DNA of 24,777 bases. Origin: a virus. Taxonomy: Duplodnaviria; Caudoviricetes. The notes under the pieces were generated by a model. That model had not been told where the DNA came from. It saw only the letters and a program-made list of their open reading frames with translations, and searched no databases. Position 1 is the first letter of the stretch, and every line of letters starts with the position of its first letter. Made by a program: the position numbers and the translations under genes. Location: the IMG/VR virus record IMGVR_UViG_3300032225_000166, positions 1-24,777 of that record. The stretch is one strand, 5' to 3'. This document shows, piece by piece, positions 8,225 to 15,937 of this stretch.

Positions 8225-9163
8225 ATGGCAGAAGATTACAAATTCCCTGATGAAACTCAGGATACAGCGTTAGATAATTCCGATGATGTGAAGGTTGAGA
8301 TTGTGGATGACACCCCGGAACAAGACCGTGGTCGCCAGCCCCTTCCAAAAAATATTGTAGAAGAACTGGATAATGACGACCTTGAGGAATATTCCGACAA
8401 GGTAAAGAAGCGTCTTTCCCAGATGAAGAAAGTCTGGCATGACGAGCGTCGTGAAAAAGAACGATACTCCCGCGAGCGCGAGGAGGCTGTCCGCTATGCA
8501 CAACGTGCATTTGAGGAAAATAAGCAATTAAAACAACGACTTGGCGCTGGTGAACGTGTTCTTGTAAATGAGTTTACGAAGTCGGCTACTAATGACATTA
8601 CCTCTGCTCGTGAGAAGCTAAAGGCAGCTTATGAGACGGGAGACGCGGAGCGTATTGCCGAAGCTCAGGAAGCCTTGACCGACGCCAAGCTCCATATGAA
8701 AGAGGTTGAAAAATTTAAACCCTCTTTACATGAAGAAAATAATCAGGTACAACAGAGCTATCAGACACAGCAGCCAACCGTTACGGTTGACCCCAAGGCA
8801 GAAACTTGGCGGGAACGTAATCAATGGTTTGGCACAAACAAGAGCATGACTGCTTTTGCGCTGGGACTGCATGATGAGCTTGTCGAGTCTGGAGTCGATC
8901 CGCGCAGCGACGACTACTACCGGCGAGTCGATTCGACGATGAAGAAGCGTTTCTCGGATTATTTCGAGGACGCTGACAACACGGAAGCGGAAGAAAAACC
9001 CGCACCGCGCAGAGCTTCAACTGTCGTTGCACCAGCTACACGCTCAAGTGCTCCGCGTCAGGTACGCCTGACCGCATCCCAAGTCGCACTGGCAAAGAAA
9101 CTTGGTCTTACCCCCGAAGCTTACGCCCGAGAAGTAATGAAACTGGAGAACGGCAATGGCTGA
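8225..9163 (+). CDS. Putative capsid scaffolding protein
   Basis: Strong SD (AAGGAG), acidic N-terminus, long coiled coil and C-terminal helix-turn (ALAKKLGLTPEAYA); located between portal and capsid. Confidence 0.7.
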   Translation: MAEDYKFPDETQDTALDNSDDVKVEIVDDTPEQDRGRQPLPKNIVEELDNDDLEEYSDKVKKRLSQMKKVWHDERREKERYSREREEAVRYAQRAFEENKQLKQRLGAGERVLVNEFTKSATNDITSAREKLKAAYETGDAERIAEAQEALTDAKLHMKEVEKFKPSLHEENNQVQQSYQTQQPTVTVDPKAETWRERNQWFGTNKSMTAFALGLHDELVESGVDPRSDDYYRRVDSTMKKRFSDYFEDADNTEAEEKPAPRRASTVVAPATRSSAPRQVRLTASQVALAKKLGLTPEAYAREVMKLENGNG

Positions 9164-9605
9164 TAATCGACTAGCACGCGAAGTAGAAAATCGTGAAACC
9201 ACGCAGCGGAAGATGTCTTGGACTCCTCCACAGACCCTTCCACCCCCAGCCCCACAAGCGGGATGGGTGTTTAGATGGATTCGGGTGTCGATGATGGGTC
9301 AAGCTGACCCTACAAATACATCTGGTAAGTTCCGCGAAGGTTGGGAGCCTGTAAAGGCCGAAGACCACCCGGAGCTTATGTATCAGGTCGATCCCAATAG
9401 TCGCTTTAAGGGCAACGTTGAGATTGGCGGTCTTTTGTTGTGCAAAGCGCCGAAGGAAATGGCTGAGCAGCGGGATGACTATTACCGTCGCCAAACCCAG
9501 TCCCAAATTGACGCTGTGGACAACAGTTTCATGCGAACGAACGATGAGCGGATGCCCCTCTTTAATGAGCGGAAGTCTGCGGTGTCGTTTGGTAAAGGCA
9601 AGTAA
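9156..9605 (+). CDS. Conserved head-module hypothetical protein
   Basis: 149 aa with FRWIR, REGWEPV and IGGLLLCK motifs; GGAG SD and overlap with the scaffold gene. Confidence 0.8.
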   Translation: MADNRLAREVENRETTQRKMSWTPPQTLPPPAPQAGWVFRWIRVSMMGQADPTNTSGKFREGWEPVKAEDHPELMYQVDPNSRFKGNVEIGGLLLCKAPKEMAEQRDDYYRRQTQSQIDAVDNSFMRTNDERMPLFNERKSAVSFGKGK

Positions 9606-9627
9606 TTTAACTTTTTAAGGAGCCAAA

Positions 9628-10563
9628 ATGGCATATCCAACGATTGACAAGCCTTACGGCTTGAAGCCGGTCAATTTGATCGGTGGGCAGGTTTATGTGG
9701 GTTCAACCCGTATGGTCCCGATTCTTAGTGGCTACGGCACTTCCATGTTCAACGGTGACCTCGTTGAAATTGTTAGCCCCGGTGTTCTCAACATCACTGG
9801 TACGGCTATTCCGACGACCTCGCAGGCGGCTCAGGCTGCTCGTCCGGGTACTATCGGCGTGTTCCTTGGTTGCGAATACACCCCCTCGGGTGGTCCGCTG
9901 TACGGTAAGCAGCGTTATAACTACTGGCAGAGCAGCACCGTTGCTCAAGACGCCCTTGGTTATGTCGTTGATGACCCAGACGCGCTGTTTAAAGTTGCGG
10001 TTCTCGCCCAGCCTGCTGCTGCGACCAACACCGCGACTGCCATCACGACCATCGGCTATATGTCGGAAGCTTTTGTTGGTACCAATGCGTACTACATCGG
10101 CTCCGCTAACGGCGGTCTCCCGGCAACGTCTGCTGGTTTTGGTTCGGGTAACTCGTTGGCTGGTATTACGGGTAACACCGCTGGTGCGAGCAACGGTGCT
10201 GGTAACATCCGTAAGGATAACAGCACGAGCGCCCCATTCCGCATTGTGCAACTTGTTCAGGACACGGCAGTTACGGTTTCAACCACGCTCGGCGCGGCGG
10301 CTTCGTCCACCTCGCTGACGGTCGCTTCGACCACGGGCATCCAGCCCGGCATGCAGGTTGTGGTTCCGGCTTACACCGCTGGTGCGGGTAACGTTGGCGC
10401 TTACACCTACGTGACGGCGGTGACCAGTTCGACGGCAGTGACGGTGAGCAGCTCAATTACTGCTGCTAGCGGTGCAACGGTTGCGTTTATTGGTTACCCT
10501 GAAGTGATTGTGAAGCTGAATTTCGGCTACCACAGTTATTACAACGCGACCCAGATTGCTTAA
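9628..10563 (+). CDS. Putative capsid decoration / minor head protein
   Basis: Strong SD, A/G/T/S-rich beta-type protein (PYGLKPV, GVFLGCEY, VVDDPDALF), immediately upstream of the capsid gene, ending TAATAA. Confidence 0.65.
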   Translation: MAYPTIDKPYGLKPVNLIGGQVYVGSTRMVPILSGYGTSMFNGDLVEIVSPGVLNITGTAIPTTSQAAQAARPGTIGVFLGCEYTPSGGPLYGKQRYNYWQSSTVAQDALGYVVDDPDALFKVAVLAQPAAATNTATAITTIGYMSEAFVGTNAYYIGSANGGLPATSAGFGSGNSLAGITGNTAGASNGAGNIRKDNSTSAPFRIVQLVQDTAVTVSTTLGAAASSTSLTVASTTGIQPGMQVVVPAYTAGAGNVGAYTYVTAVTSSTAVTVSSSITAASGATVAFIGYPEVIVKLNFGYHSYYNATQIA

Positions 10564-10578
10564 TAAGGAGCAGTAAAA

Positions 10579-11487
10579 ATGGCTATTTCACGCGCACAAC
10601 TATTGAAGGAACTGCTCCCCGGCTTGAACGCTCTGTTCGGTCTGGAATACAAGCAGTATGGCGAAGAGCACAAGGCACTCTACGAGATTGAGACCTCGGA
10701 ACGTTCCTTTGAAGAAGAGACCAAGCTCTCTGGCTTCAGCGCCGCCCCGGTGAAGAACGAAGGTTCAGCAATTGCGTACGATAACGCGCAGGAAGCTTGG
10801 ACCGCTCGTTACAACCACGAGACGATTGCTCTCGGCTTCTCCATCACGGAAGAAGCGGTTGAAGACAACCTGTATGACTCGCTCAGCAAGCGTTACACGA
10901 AGGCTCTTGCTCGCGCCATGGCGTACACGAAGCAGGTCAAGGCTGCGTCGGTCATCAACAACGGCTTTAACTCCGCTTACGCTGGTGGTGACGGTCAGGC
11001 TCTGTTCTCGACGGCGCATCCGCTGGTCTCTGGTGGCACCAACAGCAATACTCCGGCTACCGCTGCCGACCTGAATGAAACGTCGCTTGAAGCGGCAGTC
11101 ATCCAGATCGCTGCGTGGACCGACGAGCGTGGTCTGCTCATCGCTGCTAAGCCCAAGAAGCTGATCATTCCTCCGGCCCTGATGTTCGTTGCCAAGCGTT
11201 TGCTTGACACTGAGCTTCGCGTCGGTACGACTGACAACGACATCAACGCCCTCAAGGCAATGGGGTCGATTGCGGAAGGCTACGCTGTCAACCACTTCTT
11301 GACCGACACGAACGGCTGGTACTTGATGACCGACGTTCCGAATGGTCTGAAGCACTTCGTGCGTACCCCGCTGTCCAACTCGATGGACGGTGACTTCGAC
11401 ACGGGCAACGTGCGTTACAAGAGCCGCGAGCGTTACAGCTTCGGTTGGAGTGACCCACTCGGCGTGTTCGGTTCGCCGGGAACGTGA
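10579..11487 (+). CDS. Major capsid protein (HK97 fold, Mu gpT-like)
   Basis: MAISRAQLLKELLPGLNALFG, KNEGSAIAYD, GFSITEEAVEDNLY, PKKLIIPPAL and RYKSRERYSFGWSD; strong SD, strong codon bias, TGATAA double stop. Confidence 0.93.
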   Translation: MAISRAQLLKELLPGLNALFGLEYKQYGEEHKALYEIETSERSFEEETKLSGFSAAPVKNEGSAIAYDNAQEAWTARYNHETIALGFSITEEAVEDNLYDSLSKRYTKALARAMAYTKQVKAASVINNGFNSAYAGGDGQALFSTAHPLVSGGTNSNTPATAADLNETSLEAAVIQIAAWTDERGLLIAAKPKKLIIPPALMFVAKRLLDTELRVGTTDNDINALKAMGSIAEGYAVNHFLTDTNGWYLMTDVPNGLKHFVRTPLSNSMDGDFDTGNVRYKSRERYSFGWSDPLGVFGSPGT

Positions 11488-11493
11488 TAAGGT

Positions 11494-11526
11494 GGGGGTC
11501 AGGGTAACCTGATCCCCTCTCTTTCT
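11494..11526 (+). terminator. GNRA-capped hairpin with weak pyrimidine tail; probable leaky intrinsic terminator
   Basis: GGGGGTCAGG-GTAA-CCTGATCCCC (10-bp stem, one G-U) followed by TCTCTTTCT, right after the capsid stop. Confidence 0.6.
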
Positions 11527-11596
11527 GGGGTTTATAGTTGCGTAGACCGCCCCCAGCGGATAATGTGCTAACTACGTAACAACTTGCACATAAGGA
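11525..11596 (+). ncRNA. Multi-pseudoknot structured RNA, likely Mu-gpT-DE motif
   Basis: Four interleaved helices: CTGGGG 11525-30/CCCCAG 11551-56; GTTGCGTAG 11537-45/CTACGTAAC 11572-80; CCG 11547-49/CGG 11557-59; ATGTGC 11563-68/GCACAT 11586-91. It lies just 3' of a gpT-like capsid gene. Confidence 0.7.
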
Positions 11597-11605
11597 ATTT
11601 TAATC

Positions 11606-12160
11606 ATGGGTATTGCAACTCACCTCGGCCCTTGGGTTCTCGGCACTGTCCGTAGCACCACGGGCACCACTGCTGGCACCATCCGTAACACGGGTGCGAC
11701 GACTGTTCTTCAAACGGCGACGTTTACGGCCCCTACGGGCATCTCTACGTCTGCCGCGTACACTGGCCCGGACACCAACTTAAACATTGTTCTACCCGCT
11801 GGCTCGGCTATACATGCCATCATCGCGGATACGACTACTAACTTTATTGGCGCTACCGGTGCCACCACGTTGACGTTCAAGATTGGTAATGCCACGACTG
11901 GTTTGGCTACCAACATTGCGGCTGGCAGTACCATCGCAACTATCAGTGCTACCAGCACTATTAGCGGTCGAACCACGGCTACAATGAACGGTACCAACAT
12001 TGCTATTTGCAATAACACGGGCACGACTGACCTGATTCTTCAGGTTGCGTTTGCCACTGCTGGTAACTACACCTCGGGTGGTTCGGCTAACATCCAAGTT
12101 GTCTACGCTGTCCGTCAGCCTGACGGTACGTACGTCCCGACCAGCACGACTGGCCCGTAA
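11606..12160 (+). CDS. Thr/Ala/Gly-rich virion structural protein (putative head accessory)
   Basis: 184 aa with AAGGA SD, beta-rich pattern (LPAGSAIHAI...D), TAATAG double stop. Confidence 0.7.
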   Translation: MGIATHLGPWVLGTVRSTTGTTAGTIRNTGATTVLQTATFTAPTGISTSAAYTGPDTNLNIVLPAGSAIHAIIADTTTNFIGATGATTLTFKIGNATTGLATNIAAGSTIATISATSTISGRTTATMNGTNIAICNNTGTTDLILQVAFATAGNYTSGGSANIQVVYAVRQPDGTYVPTSTTGP

Positions 12161-12172
12161 TAGGAGAAGGTC

Positions 12173-12430
12173 ATGGCTAAGAATACAAACTATAGCCCGA
12201 CCTTCCCGATGTTTCCCGGAGGGGCTAGGACGGTTACCAAAAGCGATTCGCTAAACTTGGCCTACCCCTCCGTGATTTACGTCGGCGGGGCTGGCGACGT
12301 TCGCGTATTAACAGCGCAGAATGACGATGTGATTTTTTACGGTGCAGTTGCTGGACAGGTTCTCCCTGTTCAAGTAATCCGTGTTTGGTCTACCAGCACC
12401 ACCGCTACCAACATGCTAGCCATCTACTAA
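12173..12430 (+). CDS. Small beta-rich virion protein (possible spike base)
   Basis: 85 aa with IYVGGAGDVRV...GQVLPVQVIRVWSTSTTA and AGGAG SD; directly precedes the fibre gene. Confidence 0.7.
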   Translation: MAKNTNYSPTFPMFPGGARTVTKSDSLNLAYPSVIYVGGAGDVRVLTAQNDDVIFYGAVAGQVLPVQVIRVWSTSTTATNMLAIY

Positions 12431-12439
12431 GGGGACATT

Positions 12440-14284
12440 ATGTCCTTCGGTACCGCCTTCGCCCTTCCATCCACCGCGTGGCAGCGTGGCGCTGGGCTTG
12501 CGCCTTCGCTAGCACTGGACTTCCTCACGGGTTCATTGCCGTCTGGCGTTACCTACACCCGCGCTGCTAGTACTGGAACTTATGTTGGTTCCAACGGGTT
12601 TGTGCAGTCTGCTGTGGCAGACACGGCACGGTTTGATTACAATCCTACAAGTTTTGTTTATCAGAACCTACTCGCTAATAGTTCTACGGCTAGTACGTGG
12701 ACTGCAATCAGTTTAAATATAACAACTCCGGGCACTATTATGGCTCCGGATGGAACAATGACTGGAGTTTTAATTAAAAACCCCGGTGCGGCTATTACTT
12801 GCTGCGCACAAATTCCAATTGTAAATTCTGAAGGTATTTTTGTAAATAGCGGTGCTGTTTACCTTAAATCTACGGGAGTAAATAGAGGGGCGGTCATTTC
12901 TATTTATGATGGTACTCTCGGTGGTGATATTAATTCGCTTGTAATTACATCTTTAACTACTGGCGGTACTGATGCTGGTAATGGTTGGCGTAGATATATT
13001 ATACCATACGGGTCAACTAATGTTCAGTATGACAGTCTTTTTTTAAGAGTTTACCCAGACCAATCTGCGGGAAATTTTGGTACGCAAAGTGCTGTATATG
13101 TTTGGGGGCCGCAAGCAAATAGTACGGCTACCCCTACACCCTACTATGCTACTACTGGTACAGCATATTCTCAGGCGGTAATTAACGGGCTGTTAATAGA
13201 AGAAGCGCGTACTAATTATATTATTCAGTCTTCAGCATATAGTAATGTTGCATGGACTAAAACCGGGCTAACTACAAGTGGCGCGGGTTATTATTCTCCT
13301 GACGGCACTACTAACTCTGAAATTTTATTTGGTGGTACTGATGGCACAATCATTCCACGGTTTATCGTTCCCGCCACTTTGCCGTTGACGCCTACGGTTA
13401 GTTCGCCATATACAATATCAATGTATTTTAAATATGTTTCTCCCAACGGAACTTATTTAGCTAGTCAATGGATGCAGATAGCATTTACTACTGGTGGGTT
13501 TGGCGCTACTGCGTATTTAAATTTTGATACCGCTAATATTCAACTTGGTGCTTCAGGAGCATCTATCATCTCTTCCTCTATTACTGATGTTGGTAATGGT
13601 TGGATGCGTGTTACAGCTACAGCAAACGCTACAACAACGTCTGCTTCTGGTATTCAAGTTTATTTTGCTAATAGTGGAACGTCTCCAAGAGGTGACGCTA
13701 CTTATTCAGATGGTGCTTCGCAACTTTCCATAGGTGTATGGGGCAGTCAGTTGGAAGCGGGTAACGTCGCTACTTCGTTTATTCCCACTACTACAGCAAC
13801 GGTATTAAGAAACGCGGATAGTGCAGTTCTTACTACTTTGACTCCGTGGTACAACACTACGGAAGGCACGCTATATACGGCGTTTTCCGTCAAGGGCTAC
13901 AATGTTGGCGTGTTCAATGCTGCGGCGGGTTTTAGCGATAACACCACTACAAACTTTATAGTTAACCGCGTTAACCCAGCTACGCAGGGTAATTATATTG
14001 TCCGTGTTGCTGGTGTTGACCAAGCAAATGTTGTTAGTTCTGGCACAACGACGGCTAACACAACTATAAAGATTGCAAGTACCTACAAGGCTAACGACTT
14101 TGCAATGTCTCTAAATGGCGGTACAGTGGTTACTGACACAAGCGGTACCGTACCTACAGTCAGTCGGTTGGTTCTTGGTGCAACTGGAACGGTTGGTACA
14201 AACCCGCTAAATGGCTGGCTCCGTACCTTTAACTACTACAACACCCGCCTCCCTGATGCTTCACTACAGAGTATTACCACATGA
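12440..14284 (+). CDS. Head spike / fibre protein with carbohydrate-binding-like modules and C-terminal lectin (LamG-like) domain
   Basis: LALDF...TYTRAAS...ARFDY, GLLIEEARTN, GNGWMRV, WGSQLEAG..ATSFIPTT...RNAD, and C-terminal LNGWLRTFNYYNTRL. Confidence 0.75.
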   Translation: MSFGTAFALPSTAWQRGAGLAPSLALDFLTGSLPSGVTYTRAASTGTYVGSNGFVQSAVADTARFDYNPTSFVYQNLLANSSTASTWTAISLNITTPGTIMAPDGTMTGVLIKNPGAAITCCAQIPIVNSEGIFVNSGAVYLKSTGVNRGAVISIYDGTLGGDINSLVITSLTTGGTDAGNGWRRYIIPYGSTNVQYDSLFLRVYPDQSAGNFGTQSAVYVWGPQANSTATPTPYYATTGTAYSQAVINGLLIEEARTNYIIQSSAYSNVAWTKTGLTTSGAGYYSPDGTTNSEILFGGTDGTIIPRFIVPATLPLTPTVSSPYTISMYFKYVSPNGTYLASQWMQIAFTTGGFGATAYLNFDTANIQLGASGASIISSSITDVGNGWMRVTATANATTTSASGIQVYFANSGTSPRGDATYSDGASQLSIGVWGSQLEAGNVATSFIPTTTATVLRNADSAVLTTLTPWYNTTEGTLYTAFSVKGYNVGVFNAAAGFSDNTTTNFIVNRVNPATQGNYIVRVAGVDQANVVSSGTTTANTTIKIASTYKANDFAMSLNGGTVVTDTSGTVPTVSRLVLGATGTVGTNPLNGWLRTFNYYNTRLPDASLQSITT

Positions 14285-14535
14285 GCAAGTCACCCGCTTG
14301 GACTCGTAAGGAAGGCAAGAACCCCAATGGCGGCTTGAACGCCAAAGGCCGTGCTTCTTACAACAAAGCCAACCCCGGCAAGCCGGGTCTCAAAGCTCCG
14401 CAGCCTGAAGGTGGCCCCCGCAAGAAGTCTTTTTGTGCCCGCATGTCTGGCATGAAGAAGAAACTTACTAGCGCAAAAACCGCTAACGACCCCAATTCGC
14501 GTATCAACAAAAGCCTTAGGGCATGGAACTGCTGA
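14281..14535 (+). CDS. Small highly basic conserved phage protein (DUF6321-like)
   Basis: KSPAWTRKEGKNPNGGLNAKGRASY...RKKSFCARM...SLRAWNC; ATGA overlap. Confidence 0.75.
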   Translation: MSKSPAWTRKEGKNPNGGLNAKGRASYNKANPGKPGLKAPQPEGGPRKKSFCARMSGMKKKLTSAKTANDPNSRINKSLRAWNC

Positions 14536-14536
14536 T

Positions 14537-14731
14537 ATGTCACACCACGACTGGAGCGATACCGTAAAACACATTATGGATGGAGCATCCGTAGTGACGG
14601 CTGTAGGAACGATAACTAACATGCTGCCCGCTGTCGCTGCAATCTTCACCATCATCTGGACAGGCATTCGTATTTACGAATCAGAGACCGTCCAAAAATT
14701 TCTTAAAAAGGACAAAAAAGATGGCAAGTAA
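14537..14731 (+). CDS. Small membrane protein, holin-like
   Basis: 64 aa with a hydrophobic core (LPAVAAIFTIIWTGIRIYE) and a basic C-terminus. Confidence 0.6.
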   Translation: MSHHDWSDTVKHIMDGASVVTAVGTITNMLPAVAAIFTIIWTGIRIYESETVQKFLKKDKKDGK

Positions 14732-14900
14732 AAAGAACTGGATTGCTGGGGCAATCAAGAAGCCCGGTGCTCTCCATGAGCAGATGGGTGTCCCCGCTGG
14801 TAAAAAAATCCCCGGTAAGGCGCTGGCAAAAGCTGCTAAGGCTCCGGGTAAGTTGGGCCAACGTGCCCGTTTGGCTCAAACTCTTAAAGGATTCAAGTGA
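14721..14900 (+). CDS. 59-aa basic protein (absent from the ORF track)
   Basis: MASKKNWIAGAIKKPGALHEQMGVPAGKKIPGKALAKAAKAPGKLGQRARLAQTLKGFK*; AAGGA upstream, and its TGA overlaps the next ATG. Confidence 0.85.
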   Translation: MASKKNWIAGAIKKPGALHEQMGVPAGKKIPGKALAKAAKAPGKLGQRARLAQTLKGFK

Positions 14901-15412
14901 TGGAAAACCCAAAGATGTCGAAGAAGGTTGCTGGTTACTTTGCCAAGAAGGGCGAAAAGAAGCTAGCTTCTCACGAATATCGTGAAGCCGCTGGTAAGGA
15001 AAAGGACACCCCGTCTATCGCCAAGCGCGAGATGAAGGCGCTCAAGGGTGCCCCCGCTGGCATGAAGAACTACGAGAAGAAAGAACACAAGGCCATGGGC
15101 ATGGGCATGGGCATGGGCATGAACATGGGCGGCATGTCTGGCTATAAGAAGGGCGGCATGTCTGGCTATAAGAAGGGCGGCATGGCTAGCTGCTACGCCG
15201 AAGGCGGTATGGTCAAGAAGCCCTACAAGCCCACCCCCGGTGACCTGAATGAGAAGTTTGGCGGTGATCAGGAATTTGAAAACCGCGAATACATGCGTAA
15301 GAAGGCTGCTCCCAAGCCCCCGGCTCCTAAGCCGAAGATGTACGCTGCTGGTGGAATGGTCAAGGCTGACGGCTGTGCTAGCAAGGGCAAGACCCGTGGT
15401 CGGTTTGTCTGA
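14900..15412 (+). CDS. Lys/Gly/Met-rich low-complexity protein with repeated YxxGGM motifs
   Basis: YKKGGMS, YKKGGMA, YAEGGMV, YAAGGMV and C-terminal ADGCASKGKTRGRFV; TGATG-coupled at both ends; strong codon bias. Confidence 0.85.
   Translation: MENPKMSKKVAGYFAKKGEKKLASHEYREAAGKEKDTPSIAKREMKALKGAPAGMKNYEKKEHKAMGMGMGMGMNMGGMSGYKKGGMSGYKKGGMASCYAEGGMVKKPYKPTPGDLNEKFGGDQEFENREYMRKKAAPKPPAPKPKMYAAGGMVKADGCASKGKTRGRFV
15095..15184 (+). repeat. In-frame coding repeats: (ATGGGC)4 and a perfect 24-bp tandem duplication
   Basis: (ATGGGC)4ATG at 15095-15121; GGCGGCATGTCTGGCTATAAGAAG at 15128-15151 and 15152-15175, plus a partial copy to 15184. Confidence 0.95.
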
Positions 15413-15693
15413 TGCGTGCTTCACGAGGGATGGGCGCTATTGACCCATCCAAACAACCTAAGAAAATCCGCCGTAAAGACGGGGCGGAGGTTGACATGTA
15501 CGCGGAAGGTGGCTCGACTGGCTCCAAGGTCAACGAGGCTGGTAACTATACTAAGCCAAGTATGCGTAAGTCGCTGTTCAACAAGATTAAGAACAGTGCT
15601 ACGCAGGGTACCGGAGCTGGTCAGTGGAGTGCCCGTAAGGCACAATTGCTTGCCAAGCAGTACAAGTCTAAGGGTGGGGGGTACAAGGATTGA
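15412..15693 (+). CDS. Basic protein resembling the N-terminal half of DUF5872-type proteins
   Basis: YTKPSMRKSLFNKIK...GQWSARKAQLLAKQYKSKGGGY; also carries MYAEGGS. Confidence 0.75.
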   Translation: MRASRGMGAIDPSKQPKKIRRKDGAEVDMYAEGGSTGSKVNEAGNYTKPSMRKSLFNKIKNSATQGTGAGQWSARKAQLLAKQYKSKGGGYKD

Positions 15694-15935
15694 AAGCGCC
15701 GCAGCAATCCCTTAAGGCATGGGGCGACCAGAAATGGCGTACCAAGTCTGGTAAACCGTCCAGCAAGACGGGCGAACGCTACTTGCCGGAAGCAGCTATC
15801 AATTCGTTGAGTTCTGCGGAGTATGCGGCTACTACTCGCGCCAAGCGAAAGGGCAAGGCTACGGGTCAGCAGTTTGTAGCCCAGCCAAAGAAGATTAGCC
15901 AAAAAACCCGATCGTTTAGGAACATGGGGAAATAG
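15690..15935 (+). CDS. Basic protein resembling the C-terminal half of DUF5872-type proteins
   Basis: QQSLKAWGDQKWRTKSGK...GERYLPEAAI...EYAATTRAKRKG...QFV; TTG start overlapping the upstream TGA. Confidence 0.75.
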   Translation: MKAPQQSLKAWGDQKWRTKSGKPSSKTGERYLPEAAINSLSSAEYAATTRAKRKGKATGQQFVAQPKKISQKTRSFRNMGK

Positions 15936-15937
15936 TC

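Noticed and set aside
11470-11520. Capsid C-terminal extension by read-through or frameshift (T7 10B-like)
   Set aside because: There is a double stop followed by a hairpin and no evident slippery heptamer at the gene end.
11494-11600. tRNA or known small self-cleaving ribozyme
   Set aside because: There is no cloverleaf or T-loop, and I could not match hammerhead, twister or pistol catalytic cores by eye. It is retained as a Mu-gpT-DE-like RNA.
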